DNA from: Flammeovirgaceae bacterium
GTDB lineage: Bacteria > Bacteroidota > Bacteroidia > Cytophagales > MED-G16
Length of the DNA: 44,437 nt
Reading direction: 5' to 3'
NCBI GenBank assembly: GCA_038113315.1
Contig: JAYNOQ010000004.1
Coordinates: forward strand, 1 to 44,437
The notes beneath the pieces are model-generated. The model saw nothing but the letters and a program-made list of their open reading frames with translations. It was not told where the DNA came from and did no database searches. Below are positions 37,359 through 44,437 of this stretch, piece after piece; the first letter of the stretch is position 1, and every line of letters starts with the position of its first letter. Both the position numbers and the translations under genes were made by a program.

Positions 37359-38894
37359 AGTTAAAGATATCTCTTTATTTTTAGTTGAAAAATCAGCTAA
37401 AGGCTGATTTGAAAAAATCGGATAAGGAGTAATATATGATTTGTTATTAAAAACAGAATACGTCAAATCAATATTAAAATTTTTAGCTAAGTATCCTATA
37501 CCTAAACTCCTTTTAATAAGACTATTATCTATTAAACCTTTAAATTTATTGGGATCAGCTAAAAAATTATATCCAGCTCTTAGATAAAAATTGTTATGTC
37601 TTCCCTCTGCTCCGATTCTGTAATTTATAGCTAAGGATTTATAAATATTTTTTATTTCTTGATTGTCTCTATAAGAATCGAAATCATAAGATTGAATAAA
37701 TGAAGATGTATAATTAATAAAATCAATATCAAAAGAAATGAATCCATGCTTTTTAATGAAGTAAGATGAACCAACAGTTAATTTTGAGGGAGAGGTGAAA
37801 TTATATTCAGCAACATTCAAAGCTGTACCTGAAACAGCACTTCCTAATACAGTATCTTCTGGCTGAAAATAATAATCGAAGTAACTTGTCTCAAGCTCAC
37901 TATTTAATTCTTCCTTCAATAAAAATTTGGTTTTTGATTGGTAATTAAATCCGATATTTAATTCATTAATCGGCTTGAATATCATACCAAAAGAAATGGA
38001 TGATCCATTTCCAGTAATTTTAAAAAAATCTCTCAAAATCAAATAATCTAGTATACCCTCAAATTCCCATTCTCCATTATCATTCAATATTTCATAGTTA
38101 CTTTCTTGAAATAGTCTTAATTGATCATAATTTATAAAATAAATATTTGAACCTAATCCCATATAAAATTTATCATTAAAATTTAAACCTGCTGAAATTG
38201 AAAACTTAGACATGTTACCATTATTTGTAATCCTTTCTTCTTGTAATGGAAATCCTCCAACAAAAGAAAAATAGGAACCTGGTAAATCCTGAGATGGGTT
38301 AATTAAGTAATGATCATACGCTTCCTGCAGAAGCCCAATACCTGAAATAGGTTGAGAATTTGAAATTTGAGATAATGGAACTCCCTGGGAATCACTTAAT
38401 AAATAATCAATTATTGAATTATTATCATTATAACCTCTGTAATATCTTTCATTAGAAAAATCCTTAATAACATTATAAGTTAACCCAACATTAAATTTTG
38501 GACAGTCTTTACATTCATAAATTGGATCTCGAACAAAATGACTTCTATTTCTCACAGGTAATAAAACAGAAATGTTATCTATTTTATCAAATGATCTGTC
38601 GGAAAAGGATGATTCATTCATGTATTGAGATGTACTCACTTTTGAAATTGACTTATAACTTATCGAAAATAATTTTTTATTAAAAAATCCGACTCCGGCT
38701 GGATTTATTGAAATAGAACTGACATCACCACCTAATGATGATGAAGCTCCTCCTATGCCTTTAATTCTTGAAGAACCACCATTAAAATGATGACTGAACT
38801 TCATTACATCTGAATAATAACCATATTGACTGTATAAATTATTATACGATATTAAAATTATAGTAATAAGTAGCTTAAAATACTTACTCAACAA
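37332..38894 (-). CDS. OmpP1/FadL-family outer-membrane beta-barrel
   Basis: Signal peptide ...LYS|Q; hatch GSSR..GIGGA..SLGGD.SSISINPAG; strand patterns G.I.KP, G.ISFD.DF.NY, YRIGAE, LRAGY, SLGIGY, IDLTY. Confidence 0.85.
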   Translation of the reverse strand: MLSKYFKLLITIILISYNNLYSQYGYYSDVMKFSHHFNGGSSRIKGIGGASSSLGGDVSSISINPAGVGFFNKKLFSISYKSISKVSTSQYMNESSFSDRSFDKIDNISVLLPVRNRSHFVRDPIYECKDCPKFNVGLTYNVIKDFSNERYYRGYNDNNSIIDYLLSDSQGVPLSQISNSQPISGIGLLQEAYDHYLINPSQDLPGSYFSFVGGFPLQEERITNNGNMSKFSISAGLNFNDKFYMGLGSNIYFINYDQLRLFQESNYEILNDNGEWEFEGILDYLILRDFFKITGNGSSISFGMIFKPINELNIGFNYQSKTKFLLKEELNSELETSYFDYYFQPEDTVLGSAVSGTALNVAEYNFTSPSKLTVGSSYFIKKHGFISFDIDFINYTSSFIQSYDFDSYRDNQEIKNIYKSLAINYRIGAEGRHNNFYLRAGYNFLADPNKFKGLIDNSLIKRSLGIGYLAKNFNIDLTYSVFNNKSYITPYPIFSNQPLADFSTKNKEISLTLGIRINNR

Positions 38895-38914
38895 GAAATT
38901 AAATTTAAATGAAA

Positions 38915-40270
38915 TTAATTATTTCGTCCTCTGGATGATCCTCCAGAACTTCCAGCGCTTACAGTACTTCCTACGCCTGAGCTTCCACCTGAGCTTCTAC
39001 CTGAGAAAGTAGCTCCTCCACCGTATGAGTTACTACTTGAACCAGAAGACGAAAAACTACTATTTCTAGATCCACCGGAATAAGGTTTAGTTCTATTACC
39101 TATATTACTAATACCGGATCTTGAGCTACTATAATTAGATGGTTTCGAATATGCGCCTCTTCTTCCGTTATTATCAGAAGAATAATAACCACTTCCACTA
39201 CCTCTTAGTGATCTTTCACTATTGTTAGAGATAACATTATTAATTGCATTAACTCTAGAGGAGTAAGATCTGTTTAAATTATCAGACCTTCTATTTGAAC
39301 TCTGATTATAATTAATTCTTCCTGATCTAGTTATATTACTATCTCTTCCTGATTGTCTATCTCTAAAATATGCATTTTGAGTTTCATCAATACTTTCATT
39401 ATTATCTTTTGGAATAATTTTGTTTGTTATTCCTGACTCTCTTTTTCCAACATATCTATCTACTCCATCAAAATTATCTTTTATAAAAACTCCACCTCTT
39501 CCACCTCTAGGTCCTTTAACTACAACTCTGTCTTGATCATTATCAATAAGTCCTGAAACATACATATGATTATTTCCTGTGAAGTGCTGAAGTCCTCCAC
39601 CTGTACCATTAATAGTCCAAATCCATTTTGGATAAGCCTGTGACCACTGATAACTCTGAGACCAATAACAAAGACCATAAGTTGCCACTCCAGGGTGACG
39701 TATGTTAAACAATGAAGGTGACATCATCGGATTTATTGAAGCCAGATATGGATTAGAAAAAAACATCATTGGATCATAAGCAGCTAAAGCTCTAATTCCA
39801 TATAGATTTCTTGGCATCCAGAAATTATTATATGAAGTAATTCCATTAAAACCAAAAAAGCTAATGTCATAAGGGTTCATCATATAGTAATAACTAGGTC
39901 TAATTCTACCGTACATAATAAATGTATTAAGATCTAATAATCTTTTACTAAAATTTTTACTTCTAAATAAATTATCTCTATCGTACTTTAAAGATTTTAT
40001 ATTATTGCTAGACTTAGTAGATAAATTTTTATTAATTGTAACATTAGATCTGTACTTTGATATTACATCAGAGTTAATTTTATCAGAATTATTTATTCTG
40101 GTTATACCAGATCTGTATCTTAATAAGATAGTTTCAGCTGGAGAGATTTTCTTTGTTTTTTTTGCTACCCTATCTTTTTTGTTAAAGTACATGTCATCAT
40201 TTTCTTGAGCAAACGATGAAAATGTAGGAATTAAAAATAAAACGAATAAATAATATAATTTTTTAATCAT
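38915..40270 (-). CDS. Exported hypothetical protein with a low-complexity Arg/Ser/Gly/Asn-rich tail
   Basis: ATG 40270 gives signal peptide MIKKLYYLFVLFLIPTFSSFA|QENDDMYF. It has a central Tyr/Met/Trp/Phe-rich block, GPRGGRGG and a Ser/Gly-rich C-terminus, and lies 20 bp upstream of the FadL-like gene. Confidence 0.85.
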   Translation of the reverse strand: MIKKLYYLFVLFLIPTFSSFAQENDDMYFNKKDRVAKKTKKISPAETILLRYRSGITRINNSDKINSDVISKYRSNVTINKNLSTKSSNNIKSLKYDRDNLFRSKNFSKRLLDLNTFIMYGRIRPSYYYMMNPYDISFFGFNGITSYNNFWMPRNLYGIRALAAYDPMMFFSNPYLASINPMMSPSLFNIRHPGVATYGLCYWSQSYQWSQAYPKWIWTINGTGGGLQHFTGNNHMYVSGLIDNDQDRVVVKGPRGGRGGVFIKDNFDGVDRYVGKRESGITNKIIPKDNNESIDETQNAYFRDRQSGRDSNITRSGRINYNQSSNRRSDNLNRSYSSRVNAINNVISNNSERSLRGSGSGYYSSDNNGRRGAYSKPSNYSSSRSGISNIGNRTKPYSGGSRNSSFSSSGSSSNSYGGGATFSGRSSGGSSGVGSTVSAGSSGGSSRGRNN

Positions 40271-40385
40271 AGTTTTAATTTTAGCTAATAAACCAATTTT
40301 AATATACAAATATTTAACGATAAAATATAATTTTATTGTTTCTAAAGTAGATTATAACAATTAAAATTGTGTAAAATTTAAACTT

Positions 40386-41861
40386 ATGCCTAAAGGTTTA
40401 CCAAGCAGAAATAAAGACTTTTCAGGGTGGTATAATGAACTTGTTAAAAAAGCTGATTTAGCAGAAAACTCATCTGTTAGAGGTTGTATGGTTATTAAAC
40501 CTTATGGATTTTCTATTTGGGAAAAAATGCAGTCTATACTTGATTCTATGTTTAAAGAAACTGGACATCAAAATGCCTATTTCCCATTATTTATTCCAAA
40601 ATCATATCTAAGTAAAGAAGCAGATCATGTAGAGGGGTTTGCTAAAGAATGTGCGGTAGTGACTCATTATAGACTAAAATCAGATCAAGATGGTAAAGGT
40701 GTTATAGTAGATCCAGATGCAAAGTTAGAAGAAGAATTAATAGTAAGACCTACCTCAGAAACAGTTATTTGGAACACATATAAAAACTGGATTCAATCAT
40801 ACAGAGACCTACCTATATTAGTAAATCAGTGGGCTAATGTTGTTAGATGGGAAATGAGAACTAGACTTTTTTTAAGAACTTCAGAATTTTTATGGCAAGA
40901 AGGACATACTGCTCATGAAAATAAAAAAGAAGCAGAAGAAGAAACCTTAAAAATCCTTAACATATATTCTGAGTTTCTTGAAAAAACAATGGCAATTCCA
41001 GTTCTAAAAGGTATTAAATCAGATAATGAAAAATTTGCTGGAGCTGAAGAAACATATTGTGTAGAAGCATTGATGCAGGACGGAAAAGCACTCCAGGCTG
41101 GCACATCTCATTTTTTAGGTCAAAATTTTGCTAAGGCTTTTGATGTACAATTTGCTACATCTGAAGGTAAGAAGGAATATGTGTGGGGTACTTCATGGGG
41201 TGTTTCTACTAGGTTAGTAGGAGCATTAATTATGACTCATTCTGATGATAAAGGTCTGGTTTTACCACCTAATCTTGCTCCTATTCAAGTTGTCTTGATT
41301 CCAATTTTCAATTCAGATGATGAGCATATAACGATTACTAAAAAATTAAATGTAATTGGAGAAAAACTTAAATCTAAAAATATAAGTTTTAAAATTGATG
41401 ATAGAAAAAACTTCAAACCTGGTTGGAAGTTTTCGGAATATGAACTTAAAGGTGTTCCATTAAGATTAGCATTAGGACCTAAAGATTTAGAAAATAATAC
41501 TATAGAAATTGCAAGAAGAGACACATTAGATAAAGAGATAATAAAAGAGGAAGGCATTGAAGACAAAATCGAAGAACTTTTATCTAAAATACAGAAAAAC
41601 TTATTTATAAAGGCTAGTAAATTTAGAGAAGAAAATTCATCAGAAGTAGATAATTACGAAGACTTTAAAAAAATATTTAAATCTCAAAATGGATTTGTTT
41701 ATGCGCACTGGGATGGGACCTCTGAAACTGAGAATAAAATAAAAAAAGAAACAAAAGCTACTATAAGATGTATACCAATGGATTATGGGAAAAATCCCGG
41801 AAAGTGTATAGTTTCAGGAAAAAAATCAAATGGTTTAGTAGTATTCGGTAAAGCATATTGA
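40386..41861 (+). CDS. proS: Proline--tRNA ligase (eukaryote/archaea-like type)
   Basis: [78 protein letters not shown]-terminal KAY. Confidence 0.98.
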   Translation: MPKGLPSRNKDFSGWYNELVKKADLAENSSVRGCMVIKPYGFSIWEKMQSILDSMFKETGHQNAYFPLFIPKSYLSKEADHVEGFAKECAVVTHYRLKSDQDGKGVIVDPDAKLEEELIVRPTSETVIWNTYKNWIQSYRDLPILVNQWANVVRWEMRTRLFLRTSEFLWQEGHTAHENKKEAEEETLKILNIYSEFLEKTMAIPVLKGIKSDNEKFAGAEETYCVEALMQDGKALQAGTSHFLGQNFAKAFDVQFATSEGKKEYVWGTSWGVSTRLVGALIMTHSDDKGLVLPPNLAPIQVVLIPIFNSDDEHITITKKLNVIGEKLKSKNISFKIDDRKNFKPGWKFSEYELKGVPLRLALGPKDLENNTIEIARRDTLDKEIIKEEGIEDKIEELLSKIQKNLFIKASKFREENSSEVDNYEDFKKIFKSQNGFVYAHWDGTSETENKIKKETKATIRCIPMDYGKNPGKCIVSGKKSNGLVVFGKAY

Positions 41862-41863
41862 TT

Positions 41864-42331
41864 ATGGAAATACTAATTTTGACATTATTACTAATATTAG
41901 GTATAATTCTAATTTTAATTGAAACATTATTTATTCCTGGCACTACAATTTTTGGAATTTTAGGAATTATCTCAATTTTTTCATCTGACTATTTATCCTA
42001 CGTATACTTTGGGGCGGAATTTGCAATAATCTATTCAATTATAAATTCAGTTGTCTGTCTTGCAATTATATTATACTCATTAAAATCGAATACATGGGAT
42101 AAAATATCATTAAAAAAAGTTCACAAGGAAAGTATTAACAAAAATCGTTATGAAGAATTAAGTATTGGTGACATAGGAAAATCAACTTCATCATTAAAAC
42201 CCTATGGAAAAGGTAAATTTAATAATAAAACTTATGAGATAAAGTCATCAGAAAATTTTATTGATGAAGGAAAAAAAATAAAAATAATTAATATCTTACA
42301 AGACAAAATTTTAGTAAAAAAAAGCAGATAA
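41864..42331 (+). CDS. Short NfeD-family protein (TM helices plus OB-fold)
   Basis: IETLFIPG...GILG hydrophobic N-terminus; G...S.LKPYGK..F....YE..S...FIDEG OB-fold. 1 bp upstream of floA. Confidence 0.85.
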   Translation: MEILILTLLLILGIILILIETLFIPGTTIFGILGIISIFSSDYLSYVYFGAEFAIIYSIINSVVCLAIILYSLKSNTWDKISLKKVHKESINKNRYEELSIGDIGKSTSSLKPYGKGKFNNKTYEIKSSENFIDEGKKIKIINILQDKILVKKSR

Positions 42332-42332
42332 A

Positions 42333-43364
42333 ATGGTTCTAACAGCCTTACTCATAGTAGGAATAACAGTTTTAGTATTTATATTTCTTTACTTTGTTCC
42401 CGTAAATCTTTGGATAACAGCACAATTTTCAGGAGTTAAAATCGGTTTACTTGAATTAGTTTTTATGAGAGTTAGAAGGGTTCCTCCTTCAGTAGTTGTT
42501 AATTCACTAATAACCGCAACTAAAGCTGGTTTAGTTATAAAAGATGATATTGAGTCAGCAGGAAGAGTTTTGAAGGGGCCGGACTTAGAAACTCATTATC
42601 TAGCCGGTGGTAATGTCCCACAGGTAATTACTGCACTAATATCTGCAGAAAAAGCAAATATGGAACTAACATTTAAGCAAGCTACAGCTATTGATTTAGC
42701 AGGTAGAGATGTATTTGAAGCAGTAACTATGTCTGTAACACCAAAAGTGATCAATACTCCTAGTGTTGCCGCTGTAGCTGCGGATGGGATACAACTAATT
42801 TGTAAGGCGAGAGTAACAGTAAGAGCAAATATTTCTCAACTTGTTGGTGGTGCTGGCGAGGAAACAATTTTAGCAAGAGTTGGTGAGGGTATAGTTTCAT
42901 CTATTGGTTCGTCTAAATCACACAAAGAAGTTTTAGAGAACCCAGATAGAATATCAAAATTAGTTCTTGAAAGAGGTCTTGATGCTGGAACCGCATATGA
43001 AATATTATCTATTGATATTGCTGACATTGACATTGGAAAAAATATTGGAGCTATTTTACAAACTGATCAGGCTGAAGCAGATCTAAAAGTTGCAGAAGCT
43101 AAAGCTGAGGAAAGAAGAGCAATGGCTGTAGCAGCAGAACAAGAAATGATTGCTAAAGCACAAGAAGCTAGAGCTAAAGTAATTTTAGCTGAAGCTGAAG
43201 TGCCTAAAGCTATGGCAGAAGCTTTCAGGCAAGGTAATCTAGGTATAATGGATTACTATAAATTCCAAAATATACAGGCTGATACTGGAATGAGAGAAAG
43301 TATAGCTGATGATAAATCAAAGGAGTCTGGTGGGAAAACTGATAAAGGATCTAAGTCGGAGTAA
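42333..43364 (+). CDS. floA: Flotillin-like protein FloA (YqfA)
   Basis: [86 protein letters not shown]...N..ADT.MR. Confidence 0.95.
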   Translation: MVLTALLIVGITVLVFIFLYFVPVNLWITAQFSGVKIGLLELVFMRVRRVPPSVVVNSLITATKAGLVIKDDIESAGRVLKGPDLETHYLAGGNVPQVITALISAEKANMELTFKQATAIDLAGRDVFEAVTMSVTPKVINTPSVAAVAADGIQLICKARVTVRANISQLVGGAGEETILARVGEGIVSSIGSSKSHKEVLENPDRISKLVLERGLDAGTAYEILSIDIADIDIGKNIGAILQTDQAEADLKVAEAKAEERRAMAVAAEQEMIAKAQEARAKVILAEAEVPKAMAEAFRQGNLGIMDYYKFQNIQADTGMRESIADDKSKESGGKTDKGSKSE

Positions 43365-43899
43365 TCAACCCTTTATTTATTAAATAATTTTTAATTATAC
43401 CTCTTGGTATAGGAAGATATCCATTATTAAATTCTAACTTTTCTTTATGGGTAGTTTTATAAAGATGAACATAATAACCTGAAACTTTAGAAATTTTTAT
43501 GCAATCATCAACATCATACAAATCATCGGTATGAACTTGATCATACCCAACTAGTAACTCATCTTTAGCTCTCATTTTTATACTATTTGTATCTGATCCA
43601 ACTAAAAATTTACTTTCATGTAGCTCTTCAAATTTATTCTTATCGTATCCACCTAAATTAATAAAATATAAACTGTTATTTTGGTTAGGCCTTTGTTTAG
43701 ATAACGTTATTTCATAACCATCAATATACTTTAATTCAAGCCATGAATCAATATGAAGCCTTTTCACATCACCAAACCATTTATTAAGAATATCATCGTA
43801 GCATTTTGTAATTTGATCAGCACATGTAAATACAACATCATGTAATTCTATATTACATTTTTCTGCTCTTCCTCCTAAAAAAATAGCAAATAGTTTCAT
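43351..43899 (-). CDS. DUF1543 domain-containing protein (two internal repeats)
   Basis: KLF...LGG.....IELHDVVF...WFG....LHIDSW and LYFINLGGY...FEELHE...[10 protein letters not shown]. Confidence 0.8.
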   Translation of the reverse strand: MKLFAIFLGGRAEKCNIELHDVVFTCADQITKCYDDILNKWFGDVKRLHIDSWLELKYIDGYEITLSKQRPNQNNSLYFINLGGYDKNKFEELHESKFLVGSDTNSIKMRAKDELLVGYDQVHTDDLYDVDDCIKISKVSGYYVHLYKTTHKEKLEFNNGYLPIPRGIIKNYLINKGLITPT

Positions 43900-43913
43900 A
43901 TAAAGTAATTTAT

Positions 43914-43944
43914 AAAAAAAAAAGCCTCTTAAAAAAGAGGCTTT
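43914..43944 (-). terminator. Rho-independent terminator of the rRNA operon
   Basis: Perfect stem AAAGCCTCTT/AAGAGGCTTT with a 4-nt loop, running into a U10 tract on the minus strand (A-run 43914-43923), about 10 nt after 5S. Confidence 0.9.
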
Positions 43945-43953
43945 AAATAAAAA

Positions 43954-44064
43954 TCTGGCAACGACCTACTCTCCCACCTGTTACAGTAGTACCATCGGCG
44001 CTAATGGGCTTAACTTCTCTGTTCGAAATGGGAAGAGGTGGACCCCAATGCAATAGTCACCATA
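43954..44064 (-). rRNA. rrf: 5S ribosomal RNA
   Basis: Minus strand reads TATGGTGACTATTGC...CCACCTCTTCCCATTTCGAACAGAGAAGTTAAGCCC...GCCGATGGTACT...GGGAGAGTAGGTCGTTGCCAGA. Ends are +/- 2 nt. Confidence 0.97.
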
Positions 44065-44127
44065 AAATCTTAATATCGTAACATGTTGCGAAATGTAGAA
44101 AATTAATATTAAAACAGTTTAGTGAGG

Positions 44128-44437
<310 letters not shown>

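Noticed and set aside
38915-39400. Higher-GC, repetitive-looking stretch as a foreign island or RNA element
   Set aside because: Explained by Gly/Ser/Arg codons of the low-complexity tail. No exact nucleotide repeats or flanking mobility signals.
3713-41863. Longest-ORF starts at 3713, 4916, 13639, 35140, 40309 and 41858
   Set aside because: Downstream starts fit better with signal peptides, family N-termini or -7 promoter boxes that overlap the longer starts.
3327-41943. Short alternative-frame or antisense ORFs in the track (e.g. 3327-3548, 4876-5226, 5121-5339, 6805-7002, 8652-8915, 14111-14353, 15396-15596, 16757-16942, 18579-18917, 21010-21201, 21651-21908, 23556-23897, 29470-29664, 30122-30307, 31756-31950, 32979-33203, 38498-38683, 40005-40208, 40913-41104, 41285-41566, 41761-41943)
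   Set aside because: All lie within or across well-supported genes and show no recognisable motifs. Most have the Ser/Ile/Leu/Phe-rich composition typical of shadow frames.
42836-43033. 65-aa antisense ORF inside floA
   Set aside because: Shadow of a conserved coding region, with no independent evidence.
44065-44127. tRNA or small RNA in the 23S-5S spacer
   Set aside because: Too short, with no cloverleaf or T-loop motif.

Overview
Very AT-rich, very densely coding chromosomal segment from a Bacteroidota bacterium. The proteins and gene order look Cytophagales-like and the compaction suggests a streamlined, probably marine, lineage (inference). The evidence is T9SS/gliding genes (porU, porV, sprA, gldH), TAnnTTTG -7 promoter boxes, Gln at +1 after signal peptides, and a 23S rRNA lacking helix 98. 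The window holds 37 CDS, one of them a secreted metzincin truncated at the left edge and missing from the ORF track. It ends in the 3' part of an rRNA operon (23S partial, 5S, terminator) on the minus strand. Most of it is core genome: purD, rlmB, pssA, yicC, tonB, gcvH, ruvA, tatA, tdh/kbl, cdaA, folP, aroK, proS, floA. I saw no CRISPR array, tRNA, transposase, integrase, prophage or recognisable defence island. The best candidates for uncharacterised biology are: (1) an exported protein with an aromatic/Met-rich block and an RGG/Ser-Gly disordered tail, encoded directly upstream of a FadL-type barrel; (2) a tandem-DUF1599 gene divergent from folP-cdaA and coupled to a DoxX/MauE protein and aroK; (3) an Omp85-family barrel carrying a catalytically dead metalloprotease-like domain and a beta-propeller; (4) a stand-alone TerB-like protein with a MinD-like amphipathic tail breaking a long minus-strand gene run; (5) a 38-bp inverted repeat (perfect 18-bp arms) inside gldH; (6) several promoters placed to give near-leaderless mRNAs. 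All family assignments come from motif recognition by eye and no database searches were run.
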